A DNA stretch of 64,000 bases from the human T2T-CHM13v2.0 reference genome, Homo sapiens: assembly GCF_009914755.1 (NCBI RefSeq), contig NC_060927.1. One strand, given 5' to 3'. Below are positions 1 to 14,047 of the stretch, in pieces. The stretch's first letter is position 1; every line of letters starts with the position of its first letter. The position numbers were made by a program, and so were the translations under genes. The notes under the pieces were generated by a model. It was not told the DNA's origin. It saw only the letters and a list, made by a program, of their open reading frames with translations, and did not search any database.

Positions 1-119
1 AGTTCATTTTTATAGATGCTTGATGCTGTATGAACAGATACTATACTTTCTAAAGCAGCTACTTCTGTGTGGATGGTGGTGGGTAAGAGGCCAGAGAAGG
101 ATGGTAACTATAGGTAACA

Positions 120-300
120 CTCTTATGGCACTTTAACGAGCATCTATCCTCTCTATTGGCACTCAAAAGAAACTTGTGAGGCAGGCACTATCATCCCAAA
201 TTTATAAACAAGCAAATTGATACCACAGGTTCTATGCAGTATGCCAAAAGTCACTGTCTTGCAGTGGTGGAATTGGAGATTTAAATTCCTCAGATATGAT
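120..300 (-). mobile_element. MIR SINE relic
   Basis: Degenerate antisense MIR core (cttgtgaggcaggcactatcatcccaaatttataaacaagcaaattga...gtggtggaattggagatttaaa). Confidence 0.6.
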
Positions 301-394
301 TGCCTCTGGAGAGTCACATCTGATCCTCCTCAGACAAATAAGTACTCTTTCTCTGTGTTCTCGTGATATCTTGAAATATATCTATATCCACCAC

Positions 395-540
395 TTTGTG
401 TTGTAATTATCTTCTTATGTGTTTATTTCTCCCCACTTGAGTTCAAGAAAAAAGAAAGGTCCTTGTCTCATATATGAGCATCCACTAAGGATTTAACCCA
501 AAGTGACCAGTGAATGCTTGCAGAATGAAAGAATAAATTA
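395..540 (+). mobile_element. L2 LINE 3' end relic
   Basis: ttgtaattatcttcttatgtgtttatttctccccac...aatgcttgcagaatgaaagaataaa resembles the L2 3' terminus. Confidence 0.5.
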
Positions 541-719
541 TTGAAGATCCTTTAACTCTAAAAATCTCTACCAATCCATGATGCATTTTAAGAAAAAAGT
601 GTTCTGTTAGAATAGGGTGAAGGAAAGCTGATATTTGTGAGTAGGATGCAAGGGAACCGTAGACATAGAGACCTGCAAATCATCTGTGGCCTTGTTTTAT
701 CTTATTCTCTGGAATATAC

Positions 720-1830
720 TGGGAATAGTAAGGAGGCATGTGTGCCTGAGCAGAATGATTAAGGGGAAAATATTAGGAATTGAGGTCAAAGAGTTAATGA
801 GGTGGGGGTAAGATCATATATAGCCTTGTAGGACAGTTAAGAAATCCCGAGTGACCTGATCAGAGCAGACAAAGTGATCCTTTTAAAACCTACAAGGAAA
901 ATAGATGGGGGCTGAGCAAGAGTGGAAGTAGAGAGACCTATCTTGATTGATTTACTGAAGTGATCAAGATGAGAAGCATGGTTCCTTGGACGAAAGTGAG
1001 AAGTGGTTGGATTTTGGATGTATTTTGAAAGTAGAGCCAAGAGGACCAATTAGATATGGGGTGAGAGCGAGAGAGAGGAGTGAAAGTTGAAACCAGTATT
1101 TTTGGCTTGTGCACTTAAAAGGAAGGAATTACCATTAGTTGAGATGGGAAAATGTATATAGATGAAGCAGATTTTGAGAGGGAAGATAAAGAGTTAACTT
1201 TTGGACAATGTAAGGCCTGAGATTAGTATTAGACATCCAACAGGATAATATTTGATAGGCAATATGCTTGCAGCTCTTGATTAAGTCAGAAATATGATTC
1301 TAGAGGTTAGCAGAGAGATGCAGTTGTGGTTAACATAGCATAGAGATGATAGTAAAAGCCAGGAGGTGGAATGATATCACCAAATTACTGAGTACAAACA
1401 GAAGAGGTTCAAAGATTGAGGCTTGGGGTGTTCCAACTAACAGGTCCGGGATAACTAAGGAAGTCTGTAAAAGTGACTAAGAATGAATTAACAGTGAGAG
1501 GGGAGGAGAACCAAGGAGTATGATGTCTGAAACCAAGTGAAGAAAGAATATCAAAGGAGGAGGTATGGCCACATATCAATGCTATTAATATGTCAAATGT
1601 GCTGGAGACTGAAAATCAATTGTAGGTTTTAGCAATACTTAAGACATCTATGACTTTGAAATAAGGTTTGGTGGCATGTTGGGGGTAAAAGTCTGACTCA
1701 AAATTGTTTAAGGGAAGCTTAGTAGGGAGTAATTGAAATCAGCAATTACACATGGGGCTTTCAGGGAATTTTGTTACAAAGGAAAACAATGAACCAACTG
1801 GAAGAGGAGGTGGGGTCCAGAAAAGCTTTT
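720..1830 (-). mobile_element. L2 LINE fragment
   Basis: Purine-rich antisense L2 motifs: gagaagtggttggattttggatgtattttgaaagtagagcc, ttagatatggggtgagag, ttttggacaatgtaag, ttagacatccaa. Confidence 0.75.
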
Positions 1831-1847
1831 CAAAAAAATTTTAAGAC

Positions 1848-1938
1848 TATATATATATCTGTATATATATTATACAGATATATATAAACACATATATGTA
1901 TATACACACATATTAATATGTATATATGATATATGTAG

Positions 1939-1978
<40 letters not shown>
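1848..1978. repeat. TA-rich low-complexity tract followed by a (TG)~19 microsatellite
   Basis: Directly visible; explains the CVCVCV ORF at 1939. Confidence 0.95.
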
Positions 1979-1979
<1 letters not shown>

Positions 1980-1981
1980 CA

Positions 1982-2648
1982 TGTTAGCAGTAGAAGAGAT
2001 CCAAGTTACCCTGAGTTACTGGTGGCATATCCATGTGGGACTGCAGCAACTTCAGTCCTTGTCTCCTCGGAAGAAAGAATTTGACAGAGCAGAAAAAGAG
2101 ACCAAGGCAAGTTTCAGAGCAGGAGTGGGTTTATTTAAAAGGCTTTAGAACAGGAAAGAATGGAAAATTCACTTGAAAGAGATCCAAGATAGTACCCAAA
2201 GGTTAAAAAGAACATTTAACTTTGATCCTAGGGCTTTATAGGCTTGCCTCTTTCCCATGCTTCTTCCCATAGGATGGGCTTTCTGCATGCACAATGCCCT
2301 CCTTACCCTTAGGCAGTGAGCACATGTAATGTGTTTAGGGAGTGACATGCATGCTCATCTGAGGCTTCTTCCCATTTTCTGGTGGCGTGTACCTGAAAGG
2401 TCATATTTCACCATTTTGTCTCTTAATGCGCATGTCTAGGAGGTTTCTTCTCCCTGGCATCTGCATTCAATGAATTCTTTTAATGTTAATAGCTGTGGAT
2501 CATCAGGAGATTGTCTCTCCCTGCTGCTGTTGAATTACCATGTTTAGAGAGGCAGTGTGATAGTCATTGAACCAACACCTCATATTCTTAATGGGTGGGG
2601 GCAGACCCCTCTGCTGCCCCTCTCATGCCTATGTAACTACCTGTAACA
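1982..2648 (-). mobile_element. Solo ERV1 LTR, MER4 group (MER50/MER83-like)
   Basis: TG...CA termini (tgttagc...ctgtaaca); near-perfect 4-bp TSD ttca/taca; minus strand begins tgttacaggtagtta, typical of this LTR group. Confidence 0.8.
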
Positions 2649-2699
2649 TACATGTGTGTTTATATCTATATATATGTATGTATGTTCTGTACATACAAG

Positions 2700-3145
2700 T
2701 CTAAAGGCTTGATTAGATTTCGGTTAAATACTTTTGGCAGTAACACTTTGTGAGTGATATTGTGTAGTTCATATTGTATTTCATTGCGGGGCATGACTAT
2801 CAGGTTGTCTTAGTGATTCTACATTTCTGTGTATCTATATTATTTGTTTAGGGTTTGTCCAACAGATCTTTTCAACAAAAAGGTATATTTTCTCTTTTGC
2901 ATTTAGCAAATCTGTGTAGTGATATTCTAGTGCTGTATAGAGATATTCTGTTTGATTTAGTGCCTAAATCAATTATATAATTGGGAGACTTTAAATGATG
3001 ATTTCCAAATTTTAATATTTATTTTTAAAAATTCTTAGCAGTTTCTTTTGGAAAAGGAGAGCTTTTTTTCCCCCATCAACTGGGGTTGAACTGTACTTGC
3101 TCTTAAAAGGATAATTTTCCCTTTAATTACTAATTATCAAAATAA
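2700..3145 (-). mobile_element. Ancient L1 (L1MC-like) 3' UTR fragment
   Basis: gatttcggttaaatacttttggcagtaacac...gtgatattgtgtagttc resembles the antisense L1MC 3' UTR. Confidence 0.55.
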
Positions 3146-3149
3146 GAAG

Positions 3150-4315
3150 TTGGAAACTCTCCAGGACATTGGTCTGGGCAAAGATTTCTTGCATAATATC
3201 CTAGAAGCACAGGCAACCAAAGCAAAAATGGTCAAATAGGATTATATCAAGTTAAAAAGTTTCTGCACAGCAAAGGATACAATCAAGAAAGTGAGGAGAC
3301 AACCCACAGAGTGGGAGTGAATATCTGCAAGCTACCCATCTGACAAGAGATTGATAACTAGAATATAGAAGTAGCTGAAACAACTCAAAAGGAAAAAAAA
3401 CTAACAATTCAATTAAAAAATGGACAAAAGATCTGAATAGACATTTCTCAAAAGAAGACATACAAATGGCAAACAGATATATGGAAAAGTGGTCAACATA
3501 ATTGATCATCAAAGAAATGTAAATCAAAACTGCAATGAGATATCAACTCACCCCAGTAAAAATGTTTTTTATCCAAAAGACAGGCAGTAACAGATGCTGG
3601 CAAAGATGTGGAGAAAAAGAGATCCTTGCATATTGTTGGTGGAAATGTAAATTAGTACAGCCACTATACAGAACGGTTTGGAGGTTCCTTAAAAAACTAT
3701 AAACAAAACTACCATATGACCCATTAATCCCACTGCTAGGTCTATAATTAGAAAAAAAAGAAATCAGTATATCAAAGAGACCTCCGTACGCCCATGTTTA
3801 TTGCAGCACTATTAACAATAGCCAAGATTTGGAAGCAACCTGTATCCATCAACAGATGAATGGGTAAAGAAAATGTGGTACCTATACACAATGGAGTACT
3901 ATTCAGCCATAAAAAAGAATGACATCCTTTCATTTGCACCAACATGGTTGGAACTGGAGGAGATTATATTAAATAAAATAAGACAGGCACATAAAAATAA
4001 ACTTCATGTGTTCTCACTTATATGTGGGAGCTAAAAATTAAAACAATTGAACTTATGGAGATAGAAAGTACAATGATGGTTACCAGAGGCTGGGAAGTGT
4101 AGTAGGGTGTGGGGTAGGGAGCCAGTGGGGACGGTTAATGGGTACAAAAATATAATTAGATAGAATGCATAAGTATTTGATAGCACAATAGGGTGACGGC
4201 TGTCAATAGTAATGTATTGTACATTTTAAAATAACCAATAACAATGGATTGTTTATAACACGAAGAAATGAGATATGCTTGAGGTGACAGGTACCCCATT
4301 TACCCCAATGTGATT
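3150..4315 (+). mobile_element. 5'-truncated L1MA-type LINE-1 (ORF2 3' end + 3' UTR), extreme 3' end missing
   Basis: ORF2 C-terminal motifs (ctgcacagcaaagga, aagaagacatacaaatggc, atggagtactattcagccataaaaaagaatg); 3' UTR collinear with the L1MA copy at 56400-57250. Confidence 0.9.
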
Positions 4316-4316
4316 T

Positions 4317-5316
<1,000 letters not shown>

Positions 5317-5797
5317 CCTTCAGGCACAGTAAAGTGGACTGTGGGAAGAGAATTTCTTCAGGGGAGAGGCAAGTTTCTAAAATAATCTTTTAGCAAATAA
5401 TTATGATCTGCTTTTTTTTGGTTTCTTAATTTTGCTTTGTTCTTGGGGTTTTGGGAGCTTCTTGAATTTGTGTGTTTGTAGTTTTTGAAATTCAGTTTAC
5501 AGAGTATTTGGCCAAATGTTTTTTCTTTTCCCATCATCTTCCACTCCTTTTACATGTGTATTAGGCCTCTTAATGTTTTCCCACAGCCTACTGATCTCTG
5601 TTTTCTATCTTTTTTTCCCTTGGTCTTATTTCTTTCTGTTCTCCTTTTGTGTAGTTTCTATTATTATGTCTTCAAGTTCACTAATCTTTTTCTGCAATGT
5701 ATAATCTGCCATTAATCCCATCCAGTTTACTTTGCATCTCTCACATCACAGTTTTCATCTCTCCAATTTTGATTGGAATCATTTTTATATCTTCTAG

Positions 5798-6585
5798 TGA
5801 TAGAGACAAGAGGCAGGGAAATTCTGGGAAGAAGAGGGCAGGTCCCTGGTGAGGGCCCCACCCTCAAGCCAAAAAGCCTGATACCATGGCCCAAAGTGAG
5901 AACTTACATCCCTGTTTCCCCCTTCAAATGTTGCCTGCTCTGCCCCCACATCCCATGCCCCTAAACACCCCAGGCTCAGCTGGCAGACAGAGAAGCAGCT
6001 GGACATCCAAGACTACAGTTGGACATTGTAGAGAAGTGGCTTGACTTCAGAGGGACAGCTTGATGGCATAGCTTTACAGAGGAGACTTCAGGGGAAGATT
6101 ATCTTTCCACTCCATCCCCTTTTCAGCTCTTCTTCCCACTAAAAGCCACTTTCAGCAGCAATCAGATCTCCTGCATTTACCATTTCAATTTGTTTATGTG
6201 ATCTCATTCCTCCTGGATGCTGGACAAGAACTCAGCTGCCACAAGTGCGGGTGCAAAAGGCTGTCACACTGACCCTCCACTGAGCTTGAGCCATCTGCAA
6301 ACAGTAGAGATAAAAGAATACTGTAACATTTCCTCCTGGGTTGAGGGGTTGTGGGCACAGCCCCCTTTAGATGCTGCTGTGGGGCTGGTATGGAGTTCAC
6401 TCCTGCCAGAGCCCAAAAGCACTCACCCCAGCTCCGGCATCTGCCCACCTGCCCTCACCCTCTGGTGAGGGTGGAGCAGCGAATGAGTGGAGTTCACCCT
6501 TGCTGGGCCGAAGTGGCTGGCTAGTTCTAGTGCCTGTGCACTCCAGTTCCCACCCATAAAGGGGTCAGGGAAATATCCTGCTTCA
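5798..6585 (+). mobile_element. Complete solo ERV1 LTR, LTR1 family
   Basis: tgatagagacaagaggcagggaaattctggg...aaatatcctgcttca; perfect 4-bp TSD CTAG at 5794-5797 and 6586-6589. Confidence 0.9.
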
Positions 6586-7148
6586 CTAGCATATATTCTA
6601 GTTTATTGAACATGTGGAATACAGTTAAAACAAGTGTTTTAATGTCCTTGCCTTCTAATTCCATCATTTGTGCCATTTCTGAATCGGTTTGGATTGATTG
6701 ACTTTTGTCTTCAGTATGTGTCATATTTTCCTGATTTTTGAATGTCTGATAAGTTTTGATTATATGCTAGATGCTGTGACTTTTACTTTGTTTGGTGCTG
6801 GACATTTTTCTATTCTTGTAAATGTCCTTGAGTTTTGTTCTGAAACATGATTAAGTTACTTTCAAACAGTTTGAGCTTATCAAGTCTAACTTTTAAGGTT
6901 TGTTAGATGATACCTGAAGAACATTTTGTGTGGGGTTAGTTTTTTCCACTGGTGAGGCAAAAAAATCCTGAGTACCCTATTTAATGCTCAGTAAGTTATG
7001 AGCTTTTCCAGTACAGATGGAGGGATCAGGCACTGTTCCTGATGCTGTGTGAGTACCAGGCACTGTTACTTGGGTGGTTCTTTGCCCAGCCTTGGTTAGT
7101 TTCCTCACATGCATATGCTGATTAGTACTCAGCTAAAGACTGGAGAAA

Positions 7149-7463
7149 GCTGGGCGTGGTGGCTCATGCCTGTAATCTTAGCACACTGGGAAGCTGAGGC
7201 GGCAGATGGCTTTGAGCTCAGGAGTTTGAGAGCAGCCTGGGCAACATGGCAAAACCCCGTTTCTACAAAAAATACAAAAATTTGCCAGGCATGGTGGTAC
7301 GTCCCTGTGGTCCCAGCTACTTGGGAGGTTGAAGGTGGAGATCACTTGAGCCCAGGAAGTGGAGGTTGCAGTGAGCTGAGATCACGCTACTGCACTTCAG
7401 CCTGGGTGACAGAGTGAGTGAGACCCTGTCTCAAAAGGAAAAGAAAAACAAAACAAAAAAAAA
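7149..7463 (+). mobile_element. Full-length Alu, AluJ-like
   Basis: Dimeric Alu with J-type positions (ttgagctcaggagtttgag, cacttgagcccagg), A-tail and a decayed TSD. Confidence 0.93.
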
Positions 7464-9081
7464 CTGAAGGAAGAAACCTCTGCACATCTCCATAGTTATC
7501 TCTCCTTGTATTTCTCTCCTCTCTGGTATTCTGTTCTGTAACTCCAGCTACCTTGATCTTTCTCACCTTTATTCTTCAACTCAGGGAGACCAGTGCTCCC
7601 TTACTCCCACTGCACCTGGCCTGGAACATTACTGTAGGCAGTGAGCTGTTGTTATTACAGAACATACTTCTCTTGTTTTCCATCTTTCAGGGATTACTGT
7701 ACTTTGTTGTCTAATGCCCACTGTGTTGAAACCCACTGTTTTATATATTTTATGTTGTTATTTTTTCAGACAAGAGTATAAATCTGATCTCTGACACTCC
7801 GTATTTGCCAGAGCAGAAGCCCAAGTAAATTTGTTATAATTCAGCTTTTTGTTATTGTTGGAACAGTATATTAATACTGTATGAATTAGCTAATTATATT
7901 ATCTGACAGAAAGCAGGAGTATGAGGGAATGGGGCTTGGTAAGGGTAATTCTGGGGAGGAGAGGTGTATGTAGTTTATGTCAGTGTGAGAGCACTGGTAG
8001 TTGGGACAGGGCTGATATTACCTATTTCAATACTGGTAGGCTAGACTGAAGAAAAGTATCTATCTATATGTAGGTCTTTAATCATTTGAAAAGATGAAAT
8101 TATTATTGTGGCAAATGAAGTTGTTTATCTTAAGATACTCAGGTATCTTTTACTTGACCACCACAAATCTACGGAAAAAAACAAACAGTCTATATTTTTC
8201 TTGTTTATTTGATTTTTGTAGTGTCCTCTCTGCAGTATGGTGAGGAGAAAGCATTGACTTTATAATCAATATAATACTAGTATGATATATCTACCAGTAA
8301 GAAGCAATTCTTATGAAATGGGACAAATGAATATTATAAGAGTATAAGAAAAAGGAGGTTGGATTTTCAGAGGTAGAATCACAGTATCTTAATAGAAAAA
8401 TAATTACTAGTGAAAGTTCTACTGACAAAGATAAACTCTACCACCAATGTACATGAAGTGTTTCTAATCAATTGTTTGTGCTGTGATAAAGGATCCTTGC
8501 CTCCTTCCTTACACCTCTAGCATTACCATCAAGCAGTAAGCTTAAGAGGAAGATCTGATCAATTATAAAAACAAATAAGCTACATTTTCTTTGCAGACCT
8601 CAATGTTGCACTAAAGGATTTTGGACTCTGTTACATTTACAGAACCAGAAGTCTACTCCACTCAGGGAAATATACAATGTGTATTCTCTTCATTCTTCTG
8701 TGCTCACATTCTCTTAAAAGCAGGATGCGCTACTCATATGTTATATTTCATAAGTGAGATTTGGGAGCTGGCCTCATCCCTCTGAGACAAAATGAGCTAT
8801 TCAGTTTACTCTTTCCATAGAGGAATAAAAGAGAAGAAAATAGATATCAAGAGAATGAATTGAGTACGCCACTACTCAATTTTACTGACACACCAAAAAT
8901 TAAAAGTAAAAAAGTAAAGTTAAAAATTAAGGGAAATGGGATTGGTTTTCCAGTTCATGGTTCCATCCTTGGTAGACAGGACCAAGCAGTACTTGAACTA
9001 AGCAGATTGCGACACACTAGTGGATTGAATTAGTGGGTGTCACTGAGTGGCACATATCTGGTTGAAGCTGGATACCTCCTT

Positions 9082-9219
9082 GATTTTATTTTTATTTTTT
9101 GCAGAAGTGGGGTCTCACTGTGTTGTCCAGGCTGGTCTCGAACTCCTGGGCTAAAGTGGTCATCCCACCTCGGCCTCTTAAAGTACTGGGATTACAGGCA
9201 TGGACCACTGTGCCTGGCC
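9082..9219 (-). mobile_element. Free left Alu monomer (FLAM_C-like)
   Basis: Single left arm with T-tail; perfect 13-bp TSD tggatacctcctt at 9069-9081 and 9220-9232. Confidence 0.9.
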
Positions 9220-10429
9220 TGGATACCTCCTTTAAATTTGGTGATGCAGTATTCAGTGGTCCTGGTAGAGGCCCTATTCTGAAAAAGACTTGCAGGGAAG
9301 ATTTTCTAATGCAAAGGTGGCCAGATCTATTCTGACATCATCCTGCACTACATATACAAGACGTTTTTATTCCAGGTGGGTCTAATGAGGGCCACATCTG
9401 TATTAATATACAGCATATACTGTAGCATTCCATGGAACAGATGCTGGGTTTGAACACTGTAAAAATTGTGTACTATCTGATTTTCTGGCATGCTGTAATC
9501 ATTATTCATTATGCTATCATAAGAAATGTTAAAATTTCCAGCATGAGATCCTCTTTAGGGACTTGGGTTCTGAGCTGACCTGATGAATAGTTGGTGTTAT
9601 AATACCCCATAGTTAGTGGCCATATTGGTATCAGTGCCACAGCCAAGGTCTGTGTGTTTGATATAGAGTAAGATCCAGTTTACAAAGAGTAAAATTCAAG
9701 CATGAAAAGTTGAAGCATGCTGAAGTAATCAACATGATTAGTGTTTATTTTCCTCTCTGTGTATCAAATATGTCCAATGAAAATTCTTGACTCTGTTAAA
9801 ATATTTCACGTTTGTAATAAGGATGCTCATGCAAGTTCTAGAAGGAGTGAGAGTTCAGTCTTGGGCAGAACTTAAATGTCTAATGATTATGAAATATTGC
9901 CAAGGATGTATATTTGGTTGCATGCCACACTTGCACCCATACTTTATATATATTCATTTAGTCACTAGTTCAGCAATTATTTATCAGCTTCTATTTTTGA
10001 ACTGTTATAAACAGTGGGGATGAAAGATGAATGGGATATTCCCCATCTTTAGGATTCTTATATCTAGTAAAATGTAATTGGAGTGGTAATTTTTATGTTA
10101 TATAAATTTTGAAATTAGCTGCATTGATCAGAGTCATATAAAAGACAAGTAGAGGGTGTGAATTATGAAGCGTTTCAAACTGTCTTTGAAGAACCAATAC
10201 TGAGGTAGATCTGAGAAAGTTAAAGGTTGGAAGTCATCTGTTTCATTAAGAAGTTGAGTTCTGACTTACTTTTTGCCTTTGGGAACCCAAGTAATTTGCT
10301 TTCCAGGAGTGGTAACAGATCCACTTTTCTCTGCTCTCCTAAATTTTGTCTTCCAGGCAGTTGAGATCATTTTTAGGTTATAAGTATTGTACGGGTGGTG
10401 CCTTCACATCCCTGATGTCCTCTGGCATT

Positions 10430-10575
10430 CACACCCTTCCTGTGCAGAAGGCTAGGCAAGCAGTGATTTTATTTCCAAGCTATAAATTGACATCCAAGCA
10501 GACTAAGCCACTTGTCCAAGGTCACACAGCTACCAAGTATTGGAGCAAGGACTCAGCTTCTGTGCTCAAAGCCAA
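10430..10575 (-). mobile_element. MIR relic
   Basis: taagccacttgtccaaggtcacacagcta, antisense MIR core. Confidence 0.75.
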
Positions 10576-10834
10576 CTAACCTTATTCACCAAACTAAAGT
10601 TTTCTCAAGTAGACAACTTTCTACTGTTTCCCCTGATGATTTCTGGAGCAGCAAACAAGTGTTCCTCTTGCAAACATTGCCACTTTTCCCCCTTCTACAG
10701 TGGGTAGAGTGAGCAGGATAAGTGACAGGAAACATATAGCATTCCCAATATTCTTTGTTCTCCACTACAAATTTTGATTTTGAAAGGGGAAACTACTTCC
10801 TGAGCTGTCAGCACCACAGAAGTGTTTTTTTCTC

Positions 10835-10950
10835 CCTTTATTATCTCCTAACAAAGTGATAGATATAAAGTTCTCCATTTACAAGTGAGGAAACTGAGTC
10901 TTAGAGGGTTGGAATATTTTTTTTGTAGTTACACAGCTTGTAATTGGTTG
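10835..10950 (-). mobile_element. MIR relic
   Basis: ccatttacaagtgaggaaactgagtcttagagggtt core. Confidence 0.75.
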
Positions 10951-11509
10951 TGCTTATTGGGATCATATCAGCCTTCCGTTGTTTTTTATCCTCTGACACC
11001 CTAGGCCCTCAGGCAGAAGTGTGGGAGGAAAATGGTAGGATGGCTGGGTTATACAATGAAGTAAGAAGAGCTAGCTGAACTAGTATTGATACAGCACACC
11101 GGGAGGAAGGCAGTAGGTGGAAAAAGAGGGACAGGAGGTGGCTTGTGCAATGTCTTTGGTATATATAAATATTTTGCACACTCTGCCTTCTCCAGGCAGA
11201 AAAAATTTCTCTTCATGTCCTTCCTTCACCTCAGGGATTATATAATTCTGTCTGTGTTCTTTTTATAGATACAATTACAGAAAACTTGAAAACACAATTT
11301 ACTAGAAGAAAAATTATTTTAACTTGTATATTTATAGAACACATATTATCTTAGTGATTAAGTCCTAAAATTAAAATTCCAGTGAAGACTTTTTATTCAC
11401 AATTATATCACAGTTTATCACATGGCTGATCTTGCTTCTAATGGCTTGGGCCCACATAGTGCCTTTTTAATAGTACCTCAAATTATTCCAGTGGGTGGTT
11501 GCTTAGCAG

Positions 11510-11720
11510 CCCAGAGGTGAAGACAGATGGCATTTGAATTCTGACTCTTGCATAGCTATTTGACCTTGGGCAGGGTTCTTAACCTCTTTTAACTTACATA
11601 CTTAGCTACAAAATGGGAGTAATTTCTACCACGCTGAGATGTTGTGAGGATTAAGTGACACATATAATATGGTGTCTAACATGGGGTCTTGTGTGAAATA
11701 AGAGGTCAGAAACCATTATT
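11510..11720 (+). mobile_element. MIR relic
   Basis: ttgaattctgactct...tgaccttgggcag...aaaatgggagtaat...gttgtgaggattaagtga. Confidence 0.8.
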
Positions 11721-12072
11721 TTTTTTTTTATACTTTTCTCTCCACAGAATGGCAGACTGGCTTCAAACTTGTTGCCTCATTTTGCAGATAGAGAAATAGA
11801 AGCAGAAGTGAAGGATTTACCAAATTTCCCAGCAGAATCTAGTCCTGTTAATTTCCAATTTGCTGTTCAAACTATTGACTCCATTAAACTTGAATCTACA
11901 GGCAACTCTATAAGGGAGAATGATTGTATTTTGGGCTGTTGAAAGATGCTGATTCTGTGTCATGTGACATTTTCTGGGACTCAATGGGAAAAGTACTTTC
12001 CCTTCCTGTAACTCACTAATAAGTTATGTGACATTGATGAAATCATTTGACCACTCTGGGCCTTAATGCTTG

Positions 12073-12131
12073 GAGATTGCGCCACTGCACTCCAATCTGG
12101 CAACAGAGTGAGACTCTGTCTCATAAAAAAA
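12073..12131 (+). mobile_element. Short Alu 3'-end fragment inside a MIR relic
   Basis: gagattgcgccactgcactcca...gagactctgtctc + A7, flanked by MIR-like ctctgggcctt and ggggaataa. Confidence 0.85.
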
Positions 12132-12234
12132 GGCGGGGGGGAATAACACGATCAGTACGGTCAACTGTGTCCTTCCCAAATGAACTTTAAAGGTGACATC
12201 TTCCAAGTCTCCTCATGAACATTGTAAAAATAGC

Positions 12235-12395
12235 CCTTGTCTGATTTGTTTGCTTATTGTTTCTCTTCCTTACTAGTACGTGAGCACCTCAAGAACTGGA
12301 ACCAGTTTGTCTTATTCTCTGCTGTAGCCACTGTGCTTGCGTAGTTCTTAGACATAAAACTTTAGCATATGTTGAATAAATTTTAATGAATAAGC
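12235..12395 (+). mobile_element. L2 3' end relic
   Basis: ttgtttgcttattgtttctcttccttactag...tttgtcttattctctgctgtagcc...tgttgaataaa...atgaata. Confidence 0.7.
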
Positions 12396-13665
12396 AAAAA
12401 GTCATAGCTTCCTTTGTCCTGGTTGCCTGCCAGGTAAGAGCTCCAGGAAGTGACATGGCTGCAGCTCTTGTCCTGACCAGGTCACTGGTACAGGCAAATT
12501 ACTAGATCCCCTGTGAAGTAAGAGGTGACTGTTAGGACTTCTTTGGGTACTGGAGTCCGTAGCATCTGTGAGTGGCCACTCAACAGGCTGGGGAATTCCC
12601 GTAAGATTCGGGTTATAGGGACCTCCCATAGTAACACAAAAATTTATGAAAAAAGAGGCTTGTGGTAATAACTCTAAATCAGTGTAACGGAAGCTAGATT
12701 TAGTAGCTCTAAACCAAGATGGCAGAAGTAAGATGTTTTTCTTTGAATTTTATTCACAATTTGCCTCTACTCCTCACTGGAACTAGGTGATCATTCTTCT
12801 TACTTCAAGCCTTTCTAGCCTTCACACTATAGTCATTCATGTTATCTCTCAGATCTTTTGATTTACTTTTACCCATTTATCCAAATGTTCTCCTCTTTTG
12901 GCCCCAGGTCACATTCCTGACTCTTCTATTCATCTGTTGAAAAGGAGAGATCTCACACCGAGGATTACACCTTCTTTCTACTCCTAACTGTTCAAGGCCC
13001 AGCTTGCACCCACTAATTCTAAGGGAAATACTTATTCTTTATTTTCTCTATCCAAGACACCTAGGAATTTTGTAAAATGAGTTTCTCCTGCTTGGCATTT
13101 AATTTCATGTTAGTGATACAACCAGCTTTTCTAGTGGATGCAAGTTTGGGATAGATGCAGTGCCACCAGGGAACCAAAACTTGTCTACACTGCTATCCTG
13201 GAAAATTTTTACCCGCTGTACAAAAGAAAGTGTTTGTAGCTCTCCTGGTTTTCTCTCATTTTTCTGTCCTCCCCACTTGTAAAGTAGATTTTACATTCCT
13301 CTTAGTTTCTTGGAATGATTTCAAATTTACTGCATCTGTATTTGTTGAAAAGGTGACTGCAGCCATAATGTGATCTGAGTGGTTCTGTGGACAGATAATC
13401 TACCCCCAAATAGGTCTTTCTTATTTCACAGGGCATTCATATTGCACCCTTAAGGATTCATGACTTTGAAATCTTTAGGAAGTCACCGTTGAATTAAAAT
13501 TGAGGGGGAAGGGAAAGTAATAATGAGGATATGAAGCACTGGAGCATTATAAACAATATTTACATTTTATGCTTCTCTAATATACTTTACACACAATTTT
13601 TGTTTGTATTGTTTTACTTAACATTGTAAATATAAAGATGCTGCTACATAGAACTTCATAGTGAT

Positions 13666-14047
<382 letters not shown>

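Larger units (their letters stand above)
5410..7820 (-). mobile_element. Ancient L1M 5'/ORF1-region fragment, split by an LTR and an Alu
   Basis: Antisense old-L1 motifs (gtcttcaagttcactaatctttt, ctaattccatcatttgtgccatttctgaatcggtttggattgattg); the 6527-6724 ORF (QSIQTDSEMAQMMELEGKDIK) resembles the L1M ORF1 N-terminus. Confidence 0.65.

Noticed and set aside
4105-4130. G-quadruplex motif gggtgtggggtagggagccagtgggg
   Set aside because: This is the usual G-rich tract of L1 3' UTRs.
3150-4315. Similarity to 55330-57170 suggesting a segmental duplication
   Set aside because: Divergence is substantial and confined to L1 sequence; these are independent copies of related subfamilies.
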